Source: Myxococcales bacterium (GTDB taxonomy: Bacteria > Myxococcota_A > Polyangia > Polyangiales > DASUME01). Taken from it: DNA of 64,000 nucleotides. Shown one piece after another: positions 9,531 to 18,493 of this stretch (the stretch's first letter is position 1; each line of letters begins with the position of its first letter). The stretch is taken from the NCBI GenBank assembly GCA_047601445.1, contig JASGJH010000001.1, positions 7,264,001-7,328,000 on the forward strand, written 5' to 3'. Below the pieces are notes generated by a model. The model searched no databases. It saw nothing but the letters and a program-made list of their open reading frames with translations, and had not been told where the DNA came from. The translations under genes were made by a program, and so were the position numbers.

Positions 9531-10937
9531 ATGGGCGCCGATTTTTTGCTTCGCTTTCGACTTCTTTCACCCCTACTTGCGGTGATGACCGTGCTTGGGC
9601 TGAGTGCCTGCAAGAAGACGGACTCCGCTCCCTGCATGGACGGCTTCAGTCAGGCTTGCGACTGCCCCGACGGAACCCAGGGCTATCAGCCCTGCCATGA
9701 CGGTGTCTTGGAGCCCGTCTGCCATTGTGGAAATAAGCACAGCGATGGGGGTGGCGACGGCGACGGCGATGGTGACGGGGATGGCGACGGCGACGGGGAT
9801 GGCGACAAGCCGCCGAAGGACGCCGGTACCCTTGGGGACGGTGACGACGACGATGCCTCCTGCGGCATGCAGACCAGCGAAGCCAAGCTCCGGGAGCGGC
9901 GGCCTGTCGATGTGATCTTCGTGATCGACAACTCGGGCAGCATGTCCGAGGAGATCAAGGGCGTGGAGGCGAACATCAATCAGAACTTCGCGACCATCCT
10001 CGATCAGGAGGGCACCGACTACCGTGTGATCATGGTGTCGGACTTTGGCGACAGCGACATCGAGGAGATCTGCATCGGCGCGCCCTTGAGCCAGACCGAT
10101 TGCCTCAACATCCCCCCAGTTCCGGTCAACGGTACGCGCTTCTTCCACTACGACATCAATGTGCAGAGCACGGACTCCTGGTGTCGCCTGCTAGACTCCT
10201 ACACCACGCCGGATCAACACGCGCTCGCACCCAAGGGTTGGTCGCAGTGGTTGCGCGCCGAGGCCCTCAAGGTGTTCGTGGTGGTCACCGATGATGGCAT
10301 CGGCTGCGCCTGGCAGGGCGGCAGCTTTTTCTCAGGGCAAACCGAGAATCCGACGCAGGACGCGATCACACTCGCGCGCTCCTTCCACATGACCCTGGCG
10401 GGCCTCGATCCGGGGCAATTCGGCTCCTTCGCCGCGCCCAACTTCGTGTGGCACAGCGTGATCGGCGTCGCTCCGAACACGATCCCCACCGCCCCGTACT
10501 TCTCGACCGATCCCGTGGTCGACAGTACCTGCTCCACCGCGGTCGAGACGGGCAACGGCTATCAGATCCTGAGCATGGCCACCAAGGGGCTGCGCTTTCC
10601 GGTCTGCGGTGGACTCAGTTTCAACGAGCTCTTCAAGGCCATCGCCGAGCAAGTGGTGCAGGGCTCGGGGGTTGCCTGCAGCTTCAGCCTGCCGCCCCCT
10701 CCCGAGGGCAAGAAGCTCGACCCGAAGTCAGCAGCCATCACCTATCAGCCCGGCGTGGGCAAGGCAGAGAAGCTGACCATCGCCACCGCTACGACCTGCA
10801 CGGACAAGGGCTTCCTGGTCTCGGGCACGGACGTGGTGTTGTGCGACGCGGCATGTACACGAGTGCGCGCGGACGAGAAGGCCAAGCTCAGCCTGAACTA
10901 TTCGTGCAGCTCCGACGGCATCGTGATCCTGCAGTAA
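9531..10937 (+). CDS. vWA-domain lipoprotein with Gly-Asp linker
   Basis: Lipobox LSAC; GDGDG run; PVDVIFVIDNSGSM (MIDAS DxSxS); VVVTDD. Confidence 0.85.
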   Translation: MGADFLLRFRLLSPLLAVMTVLGLSACKKTDSAPCMDGFSQACDCPDGTQGYQPCHDGVLEPVCHCGNKHSDGGGDGDGDGDGDGDGDGDGDKPPKDAGTLGDGDDDDASCGMQTSEAKLRERRPVDVIFVIDNSGSMSEEIKGVEANINQNFATILDQEGTDYRVIMVSDFGDSDIEEICIGAPLSQTDCLNIPPVPVNGTRFFHYDINVQSTDSWCRLLDSYTTPDQHALAPKGWSQWLRAEALKVFVVVTDDGIGCAWQGGSFFSGQTENPTQDAITLARSFHMTLAGLDPGQFGSFAAPNFVWHSVIGVAPNTIPTAPYFSTDPVVDSTCSTAVETGNGYQILSMATKGLRFPVCGGLSFNELFKAIAEQVVQGSGVACSFSLPPPPEGKKLDPKSAAITYQPGVGKAEKLTIATATTCTDKGFLVSGTDVVLCDAACTRVRADEKAKLSLNYSCSSDGIVILQ

Positions 10938-10961
10938 GACGTCCGGGACGTCGGGCTCTAC

Positions 10962-11510
10962 CTAATCGCCCACCAACGAGAGCTGCTGCAGCGAGCCTTC
11001 GAGGGTCTCCCCGTCCGTGGTCACGTAGAGCTGGCCTCCGCTGCGCGTGAGCTCCCACTGCATGTTGCGTGAGACCTTGGCGGATAGGGCCGTGATCAGC
11101 GCCGGCTCCGGGTGCAACAGCACGATGGACTCGGCACGGTGGATGGCCACGCGGCGCGCTTCGCGCAGCACGAGCTCGGGATCGTGGTGGCAGTAGATCA
11201 CGACCTGCGGACACGCCTTGCTCGCCTTGTGGAGGCGCTCGCCGGAGGGGGCGCCCACCTCGATCCACGCCGTGGTTCGACCATCGGGGGTCTTGATGTA
11301 GATGGCGGGCTCGTCGGTCTGGGAGAGTCCGCCCTTGCAGAACTCGATGCCCTCCTCGAACGACAGGCAATAGGCGAGCGCGCGTGTCACCAGATACTGA
11401 GGGGTCTCGGAGGGGTGCTGCGCGAGCCGCAAATCGAGGGCTTCGTAGATGCCGCGGTCACTGTCTGCGAGCTGCACCTTGAGTCGCAGTACGGTCGCCG
11501 TGAGAGCCAT
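10962..11510 (-). CDS. yaeQ: YaeQ family protein
   Basis: MALTAT, AQHPSET, GLSxxDEP and WIEVGAP motifs. Confidence 0.9.
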   Translation of the reverse strand: MALTATVLRLKVQLADSDRGIYEALDLRLAQHPSETPQYLVTRALAYCLSFEEGIEFCKGGLSQTDEPAIYIKTPDGRTTAWIEVGAPSGERLHKASKACPQVVIYCHHDPELVLREARRVAIHRAESIVLLHPEPALITALSAKVSRNMQWELTRSGGQLYVTTDGETLEGSLQQLSLVGD

Positions 11511-11577
11511 GCGCGCGAGCCTACGCGCTCCGAGTGAATCTGGCTACGCTTGGGGGGTGACCTTCACTGCGGACACC

Positions 11578-11657
11578 GTGAGCGCAGAGAACCTCGCGGC
11601 GGGGTGGGCCCTGGCGCGGCTTTGCCGCGACGGGCGGGGAGGGCGCGTGCCCTCCCC
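11578..11657 (+). repeat. Dispersed ~80-bp REP-like element, copy B
   Basis: gtgagcgcagagaacctcgcgg...gcggctttgccgc...ggggagggcgcgtgccctcccc. Confidence 0.9.
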
Positions 11658-11666
11658 GAAAACAAG

Positions 11667-12023
11667 ATGACGGAGGTGGGCTGGGTAATCGGGGCGCTCT
11701 CGATCCTGGGGGGCCTGGCTTGGCTGGTCGCCGCGCTGCCCCCGCTTCAGCTGCTCTACATCTCGCTGGCGGTGGTGGGCCTTGGTGTGTTGCTCGGCAT
11801 TCCCTTTGGCTTGCTCTATCACCTGCGTCTGCGGACCGAGCTCTTGCGGCTCGGGGAGTTACCGCGCCGGTGGTACCTCGAGCCGACCAAGCTGCACGCT
11901 CGCCTCGGCGACGCAGCGCTGGCGCGGGTTTACCCGGCGTTCATGCTCGGCGCGCTCGGGTTCGGGCTCATCATGCTGGGCTGCACGCTGGCCACGCTGA
12001 CGCTGTTCACTCACTTCGCGTGA
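11667..12023 (+). CDS. Small membrane protein (about 3 TM helices)
   Basis: Hydrophobic segments; YHxxL...LPRRWY..P motif; coding-like codon usage. Confidence 0.7.
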   Translation: MTEVGWVIGALSILGGLAWLVAALPPLQLLYISLAVVGLGVLLGIPFGLLYHLRLRTELLRLGELPRRWYLEPTKLHARLGDAALARVYPAFMLGALGFGLIMLGCTLATLTLFTHFA

Positions 12024-13179
12024 AATCACGCTTGATCCGCTTGGCGATCGACCAGCGGTGGACCTCGGAGGGGCCATCGTAGATACGGAAGGCGCGGATT
12101 TCGCGGAAGATCTGCTCCACCGGCGTGTCCCGCGTGACGCCCGTGCCGCCCATGATTTGCACGCAGCGGTCGGCCACGCGGTAGAGTGCCTCGGAGCAGG
12201 TCACCTTGGCCACCGATGACTCGTGGGTGCCCCGCTCGCCCTGGTCGAGCACCCAAGCGGTGTAGTCGATCATCAGACGGGACTGCTCGAGGTCCATCAA
12301 GTTGTCGGCGAGCATGAAGCCCACGCCCTCGTGATCGATCAGTGTCTTGCCGAACGCCTGGCGCTTGCAGGCGTAGGCGGCGGCGAGGTCGTGGGCGCGC
12401 TGCGCCGCTCCCCACCAGCGCATGCAGTGCGTGAGGCGCGCGGGCGCGAGACGAACCTGGGCGTACTTGAAGCCCTGATCGACTTCGCCGAGCACCTGAT
12501 CGTCGGGCACCCGTACGTCATCGAGCTGCACCACCGAGTGACCGCCGGGCGTGGCGCTGTCGATGGTGTCGAGCACGCGCTCGATGCGGATGCCCGGGGC
12601 CGCGAGATCGGTGAGGAACATGGTGGAGTGCTCGCCGGTGCGCGCCATCACGATGCCGAAGCTGGCGCCGCGCGCGCCCGTGATGAGCCACTTGCGACCG
12701 CTCAGGATCCACTCTTTGCCGCGCAGCTCCGCTCTGGTCTTGAGCATCGACGGGTCGGCGCCCGCGCCACCGTCCGGCTCCGTCATCAAGAATGCCGAGC
12801 GGATGCTACCGCTGGCGAGCGGCCGCAGGAAGCGTTCACGCTGGGCAGGGCTCGCGATCTTCTCGAGCATGTGGATGTTGCCCTCGTCGGGAGCCATGCA
12901 GTTCATGGCGATGGGCCCGAGCAGCGAGTAGCCGGCAGCGCGTAGCACCGTGGCGGTCTCACGGTGATTGAGGCCCTGGCCGCCCATGTCCACGCTCGCC
13001 TGAGGGGCGAGCAGCCCGCGCTCGCGGGCCTTGCCGCGCAGCTCCTGCACCAGCTCGTCGCTGGGACCATGGGCCGAGAGACGCGGATCGCGCTCGTAGG
13101 GGATCACCACCTCGCGGATGAAGGCCTGGGTCTCCCGCTCCAATGTGAGTTCGCGCGCGCTCTTCTGAAAGTCGATCAT
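12007..13179 (-). CDS. Acyl-CoA dehydrogenase
   Basis: APDEGN, MTEP, GRKWLITG, RQAFG and RIYDGPSEVH motifs. Confidence 0.95.
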   Translation of the reverse strand: MIDFQKSARELTLERETQAFIREVVIPYERDPRLSAHGPSDELVQELRGKARERGLLAPQASVDMGGQGLNHRETATVLRAAGYSLLGPIAMNCMAPDEGNIHMLEKIASPAQRERFLRPLASGSIRSAFLMTEPDGGAGADPSMLKTRAELRGKEWILSGRKWLITGARGASFGIVMARTGEHSTMFLTDLAAPGIRIERVLDTIDSATPGGHSVVQLDDVRVPDDQVLGEVDQGFKYAQVRLAPARLTHCMRWWGAAQRAHDLAAAYACKRQAFGKTLIDHEGVGFMLADNLMDLEQSRLMIDYTAWVLDQGERGTHESSVAKVTCSEALYRVADRCVQIMGGTGVTRDTPVEQIFREIRAFRIYDGPSEVHRWSIAKRIKRDFTRSE

Positions 13180-13371
13180 GTCCGCTCCCGTCGCCCCGGA
13201 GAGTGACCCATGGTGGCGAGAAATCGAGCGGAACCCCGATCTGGGGAGGGCGGGCCTCCGCGGCGCCAGCGCCATCCCCGAGCGCCGGTGCGCTTGCCGG
13301 CCGCGCCCCATTTTTTTCAAGGTGACAGGCCGCTTTCGGAGTCCGCACAGTGGTTCCGTCGAGCCCATCTC

Positions 13372-13452
13372 GTGAGCGAAGCGAACCTCGCGGCGCGGGT
13401 GGGTCCCAGTGCGGCTTTGCCGCGCTGGGCGGGGAGGGCACGTGCCCTCCCC
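13372..13452 (+). repeat. Dispersed ~80-bp REP-like element, copy C
   Basis: gtgagcgaagcgaacctcgcgg...gcggctttgccgc...ggggagggcacgtgccctcccc. Confidence 0.9.
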
Positions 13453-13477
13453 GTGCAGCAAGAACATCAGAGCCCCC

Positions 13478-14158
13478 ATGAGCGCACGGACGACTCGAAA
13501 GCCGTCACGCGATGCCGCGTCCAAGCCCAGCGCCACCTGGCGCGTGTGGCTCGTGGTCGCCGTCGCTGGTGCGTGCCTGAGCTGTGCTGCCTTCACGCTT
13601 TGGCGGGAGGACCTGCGCTATTCGTTGCCTACCCCACGCCCGCCGGATCTCAAGCTCATGCCCCTCGGTGCGATCGTGCCGCTCGCCGACTGGCTCGGGT
13701 CCTCGGCCGTGGTGTCTGGAGAGCGCCCGCGGTTGCTCCATTTCTTCAACCCGGCCTGCTCCTGCTCTCGCTTCAACCTGACCCACCTGCGTGAGTTACG
13801 TGATCACTTTCGGGGAAAGGTGGACTTCCTGGCAGTCGTGCAAAGTGTCGACTCGAACCAGGAGCTCGCAGCACGCCTCGCAAGCCTCGACCTCGAGATG
13901 CCCCATGTGGTCGACCGAGACGGGCGCATCGCGCGCGAAGCTGGCATCTACTCCACGCCCCAGGCTCTCTTGCTGGATAGGCACGCGCGCATTCTCTATC
14001 GGGGAAACTACAACCTGTCGCGCTACTGCACCGACCCGCGCACCGAGTTCGTGCGCATCGCCATCGAGCGCGAGCTCTCGGCCCAGCCCATCTCGTTGCC
14101 CCAGACGCTTGCTTACGGCTGTGAACTTCCCGGTGCGGCCTCTCGAAGGCAGCCCTAG
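13478..14158 (+). CDS. Membrane-anchored thioredoxin-fold/redoxin protein (DUF6436-like)
   Basis: N-terminal TM; HFFNPACSCSRFN, STP (cis-Pro position), YRGNYN..RYC, AYGC. Confidence 0.75.
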   Translation: MSARTTRKPSRDAASKPSATWRVWLVVAVAGACLSCAAFTLWREDLRYSLPTPRPPDLKLMPLGAIVPLADWLGSSAVVSGERPRLLHFFNPACSCSRFNLTHLRELRDHFRGKVDFLAVVQSVDSNQELAARLASLDLEMPHVVDRDGRIAREAGIYSTPQALLLDRHARILYRGNYNLSRYCTDPRTEFVRIAIERELSAQPISLPQTLAYGCELPGAASRRQP

Positions 14159-14194
14159 AAGCGCTTCCCACCCCACGCCCGCAGGGTTTCGCCC

Positions 14195-16945
14195 ATGTCA
14201 GAGCTCGCTGCGATGTTCCAGAACGTCACGCCCCCCCCATCCAGCTTCGAGTCCTTCTGTCGCGATCAAGAGCGCGTCGACGGAGTGATGCACGAGGTGT
14301 ACGACCGCGGAGACCGGCTGATGTGCGGTCTGGTCTGTCTGCACATGCTGATCAGCCTGGTATTCGCGGCCTTTTACGACACCTGGCTGGCGTCGGGGGC
14401 CATCGCCGGCGCAGCGGGTACCATGTTCTTCCTGTCGGTCGTACTCTTGCCGCGACAGCGCGTGACGCGGGTCATCGCCGGCATTTCGCTGCAGACCTTC
14501 GTGGCGCTTCACATCTGGCAGCTGCACGGGCTGGCGGAGATGCATTTCTTCTTCTTCACGGCCTTCACGGCGATGGTGGCCTACCAAGATGGCTTGTCGA
14601 TGTGGCCAGGCACGGTGCTGATCATCTTGCAGCACATCCTGTTCGCGGTGCTGCACAACTCGGGAGTCAATCTCTACTTCTACGAGACCTCCTACATCAG
14701 CATCATGCGGCTCGCGTTCCATTTCGGGATCGCCATCTTGCAAGTGGTGCTGTGCGGGATGTGGGCGCACTCCTTGCGACGCAAGGCCCTGCTCGAGGCC
14801 TATCAGCAGGAGTGCCTGCGTGCGTCGCAACGACAGCTCGAGCACGACATGGCAGCGCGTTTGGTGGCCGACCGCGCGCTGGCGGCCAGCGAAGCAGAGG
14901 CCCGTGCTAGCAAGGCTGCCGAGGCCGAGCTCCAGAAGGCGCGTGCGCGTGCCGAGGACGCTGCGCGAGCCAAGGGCGATTTCCTCGCCACCATGAGCCA
15001 CGAGATGCGCACCCCACTCAATGGCATCCTGGGCATGAGCGACATGCTGGCGCGCACCCGGCTCGACAGCCGACAGGGAGAACAGCTCGAGACCCTGCGC
15101 ACCTGCGCGGACAACCTACTCGCGTTGGTGAACGACGTGCTCGACCTCTCGAAGGTAGAGGCAGGTAGCCTGCAACTCGAGGAAACCCCATTCGAGCCGC
15201 GCCTGGTGGTAGACGATGTGTTGGCGATGAACGCCGTGCGCGCCCAGGCCAAGGGCGTGGACCTCCTGGCCGTGGTGGACCGGGCGGTGCCGGAGTCGTT
15301 GGTGGGCGACATGACCCGCACCCGGCAGACCCTGACGAATCTGGTGGCCAACGCGGTGAAGTTCACCGATCGCGGAGAGGTCCGGGTCGAGGTCTCCGTG
15401 GCGCTAGCGCCCAACAAACCACCCAGCCTCCTGTTCTCGGTGCACGACACCGGCATCGGCATCGACGCGACCACGCGGGCCCGTCTGTTCGCGCCTTTCA
15501 CGCAGGCTGACGGCTCCATCTCGCGGCGCTTCGGTGGTTCAGGGTTGGGGCTCGCCATCTCGCGGCGCTTGGTCGAGGCGATGGGGGGCCAGATCGACTT
15601 CGAGAGCGAGCTCGGTAAGGGCAGTTGCTTCTTCTTCAGCTTGCCGTGTCGCGGGGCGACTCCGGTCCCTCGCTCGCCCGCGTTGGGTGGGCGGATGGTG
15701 CACCTGGTGACGCCGCACGAGGGAACGCGGCGCGCCTTGACCGAGCTGCTCGCGGCCAAGGGCATGCGCGTCGCCGCCTGCGGGCTCTCCGAAGCGAGCG
15801 AAGGCGAGTTCGATCTGGTCGTACTCGACAGCGCGCTGCCGAAGGGCGCGCTCGAGGCCTTCTCCAAGTTGGTGGAAACCTCGCGCGTGGTGGTGCTCGC
15901 GCGGCCCGAGCGAGAGCCGCCGCCCTGGGCCAAGTTCATGGTGAGCTGGCCGCTGCGTCACGCGCTCCTGGACGCGGTGGTGACGCGTGTGCTCGCGCCC
16001 GAGCAGGCTACCGCGGGTAGGGGCGAGCGCGGCTTGGCCTGGCGCTGCGCACCGGGCACTCGCGCGCTGGTCGTGGAGGACAACCCGGTGAACCAGGTGG
16101 TGGCTCAGTCCATGCTCGAGGACCTCGGGTTCACGGTGACCATCGCGGACCACGGGGAAAAGGCTCTAACCATACTCGCGCGCGAGCCCTTCGACGTGGT
16201 GTTGATGGACTGTCAGATGCCCGTGATGGATGGCTTCGAGGCCACGCGTCGCTTTCGCGCGGTCGAGCAACCGGGGCGGCGCACGCCGATCGTCGCTCTC
16301 ACGGCGCAGGCGCTGGTGGGGGACGAGGACACCTGTCGCAAGGCCGGCATGGACGACTATTTGCCCAAGCCCATCGAGCGTCGCCTCCTGGTCGGCAAGC
16401 TCGAGCGTCTACTCGAGCGCGTGGCGCCCATCACCAGGCGGCTCAGGCCCGCACCTGCCTCCGCGGCGCCTCAAGCCGACGCGCCGAGTCCGCTCGCTCA
16501 GCCTCGCGTCTCGAACGACAATGAACTCGCGCGCAGCAGCGGCGTGGTGAACCCCGACCTCGAACAGATGTTGGACTTTCTCGAGACGTTCCGCTCCGAG
16601 GTCGGTCCCGGCCCGATGAAGCGTGTCATCTCGGCTTTCCTGGAGAATGCACCCAAGCAAGCCAACGTGCTCTGTGGGGCCGCGGGACTGGTCATCGTGG
16701 GCGGACCAGACAAGACGACCGCGAGCAACTCCGACCGCGTGGGCTTTGCGCGCGCGGCGCATTCTCTGCGCGGTGCCTGCCGCAGCGTGGGGCTGGCGCG
16801 CTTGGCGGATCTCCTGGAGTACCTTGAGGGCAGCAGCGAGGACCGGCCCGAGGCGTTGACCGAGGGCGCGCTGGAGGTGCAGCGGCGTCTGCGCGTGGTC
16901 TGTGAGTGCGTTGCCCTGAGCGTGGATCGCGAGGCCGTGGGCTGA
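14195..16945 (+). CDS. Hybrid sensor histidine kinase (multi-TM sensor, HisKA, HATPase, degenerate REC, REC, Hpt)
   Basis: MSHEMRTPLNG, NAVKFT, DTGIG, GGSGLGLAI, VEDN/MDCQMP/KP, AHSLRG. Confidence 0.95.
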   Translation: MSELAAMFQNVTPPPSSFESFCRDQERVDGVMHEVYDRGDRLMCGLVCLHMLISLVFAAFYDTWLASGAIAGAAGTMFFLSVVLLPRQRVTRVIAGISLQTFVALHIWQLHGLAEMHFFFFTAFTAMVAYQDGLSMWPGTVLIILQHILFAVLHNSGVNLYFYETSYISIMRLAFHFGIAILQVVLCGMWAHSLRRKALLEAYQQECLRASQRQLEHDMAARLVADRALAASEAEARASKAAEAELQKARARAEDAARAKGDFLATMSHEMRTPLNGILGMSDMLARTRLDSRQGEQLETLRTCADNLLALVNDVLDLSKVEAGSLQLEETPFEPRLVVDDVLAMNAVRAQAKGVDLLAVVDRAVPESLVGDMTRTRQTLTNLVANAVKFTDRGEVRVEVSVALAPNKPPSLLFSVHDTGIGIDATTRARLFAPFTQADGSISRRFGGSGLGLAISRRLVEAMGGQIDFESELGKGSCFFFSLPCRGATPVPRSPALGGRMVHLVTPHEGTRRALTELLAAKGMRVAACGLSEASEGEFDLVVLDSALPKGALEAFSKLVETSRVVVLARPEREPPPWAKFMVSWPLRHALLDAVVTRVLAPEQATAGRGERGLAWRCAPGTRALVVEDNPVNQVVAQSMLEDLGFTVTIADHGEKALTILAREPFDVVLMDCQMPVMDGFEATRRFRAVEQPGRRTPIVALTAQALVGDEDTCRKAGMDDYLPKPIERRLLVGKLERLLERVAPITRRLRPAPASAAPQADAPSPLAQPRVSNDNELARSSGVVNPDLEQMLDFLETFRSEVGPGPMKRVISAFLENAPKQANVLCGAAGLVIVGGPDKTTASNSDRVGFARAAHSLRGACRSVGLARLADLLEYLEGSSEDRPEALTEGALEVQRRLRVVCECVALSVDREAVG

Positions 16946-16961
16946 TCCATCCGAGGTGCGC

Positions 16962-17981
16962 TCAGGCGCTGGCCTTCTCCACACCCTGGCCGCGCGTGCG
17001 ACGGGGGCCGCGCTTGCCCCGGTACTGGTTGGGAGTCTTGCCCGTCCAACGCTTGAACGCCCGGTGGAAGGAGCTGCGCTTGGAGAACCCGAGCTTCTCG
17101 GCGATCTCGTCGATGCGGATGTTCTCCTGCAGGTCGATCAAGGCGCGCTGACAGCGGGCCTCGTCGAGTAGATCCCCACACGAACGACCCTCGAGCGCGA
17201 GGCGCTTGCACAGCACCCGCTTCGTGGTCCCAAGTCGGCGCGCCAGGCGCTCGAAGTCCACCTCGGTGAGGTCGGCCTCCTCGCGCAGCGCATGCCGCAA
17301 GCCCTGCAGCAGCGCATCGCCATCGAGCAGCGTATTGCGCTGCTTGCGCGCCATCGCACGCAGCACCGCCTCGAGCGACGCGTCCGCGTGGGGCTGCAAA
17401 AAGGCTAGACACTCCGAGGGTAACGCGAAGCCGTAGCGGGGTTGATCGAAGCGCACGGGGCAGCCGAACATGCGGGTGTACTCGTCGCTGTACTCGGGCT
17501 GCGGGTGGGCGAGCCACAGCTCACGCACCCCGCTGCGAGCCGGGCCCATGTAGAGCCGAGTCACGCGCAAGGTGAAAGCCAGCATGAAGTCCGACCAGAA
17601 GCGCGCCGTGGCCTCGGTGGCGCTCGGCGGAGCAAACCCAAACCAGCTCGTGTCCTCGGCCTGCTCCAGCTGGAAGTCGAAGCCGCCGAGCAACAGCTGC
17701 GCGTACTCGGGCAACACCGAGAGCGCGTCGCCCAGCGTGCGGCACGTGACCATCAGGTGCGAAACCACGTGCAGCATGGACATCGATCCGTGCTCGCCGA
17801 GCGCGAGACCGAGTGCGGGGTTCGCGCTGCCGTCCAGCATGCGCGTGACCAACTCGTCGACCTCGCGTCCGTGGAGTCCGGGACCGAAGCTGGCCTGGGA
17901 GTGGCGCAGCCACACTTGATCCGAGAGCGGATGGAGACTCTCGGCCGAAAACGATCGCACGAGGAGATTCGAGACGAACAT
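16962..17981 (-). CDS. AraC family regulator (OruR/VqsM-type N-terminal domain)
   Basis: C-terminal IAEKLGFSKRSSFHRAFKRWTGKTP; FGCPVRF motif. Confidence 0.92.
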   Translation of the reverse strand: MFVSNLLVRSFSAESLHPLSDQVWLRHSQASFGPGLHGREVDELVTRMLDGSANPALGLALGEHGSMSMLHVVSHLMVTCRTLGDALSVLPEYAQLLLGGFDFQLEQAEDTSWFGFAPPSATEATARFWSDFMLAFTLRVTRLYMGPARSGVRELWLAHPQPEYSDEYTRMFGCPVRFDQPRYGFALPSECLAFLQPHADASLEAVLRAMARKQRNTLLDGDALLQGLRHALREEADLTEVDFERLARRLGTTKRVLCKRLALEGRSCGDLLDEARCQRALIDLQENIRIDEIAEKLGFSKRSSFHRAFKRWTGKTPNQYRGKRGPRRTRGQGVEKASA

Positions 17982-18111
17982 GACGATTTCTCTCTGGGCT
18001 CGACTCCGAATTTTCTACGGACAAGTAAGGTCGAACGCACTGACGACATCGGTTCTGTGAAGTGACCGCTCGTGGCGATTGACCGACAGATCCCGCTTGT
18101 CCAACCAGTGT

Positions 18112-18168
18112 GCCGTTGCGGTAAATCCGCGTTGGGGCCCACCCCACCGCGAGGTTCGCTTCGCTCAC
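18112..18168 (-). repeat. Dispersed REP-like element, copy D (3'-truncated, inverted)
   Basis: Reverse strand reads gtgagcgaagcgaacctcgcggtggggtgggcc...gcggatttaccgc; lacks the last hairpin. Confidence 0.85.
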
Positions 18169-18493
18169 GGTGCATGCGCTTTTCGAGCTGCTTTCAGGGC
18201 AGGTCCGCGTTGCCCCGAAGCCTGGCTTCGCGATGTCTGCGGGCCTGGCTGCGCCATGCCCCATCATTGACAGATCGTGACCACTCGGAGTGACTCGCGT
18301 GATCGCGGCCAGTGCGGCGAGGCGCGCTTGGGCATCGAAAGTCATGGTGTTGGACCATCCCGGTAACTGCGTCGATGTAGGGAATGCCGTAGGGTCCAGG
18401 TCGATAGTTCCCTGATTCGAGACGCAGGCGCGGCAGCGCTTTTGTTCGACGCTCCCGCCTGCAATCCAAGCTGGTCTCCTTTGGAGGTCGCCG

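Noticed and set aside
9750..9810. GGCGAC-type tandem repeats as a DNA-level element
   Set aside because: Synonymous variation shows they encode Gly-Asp linkers
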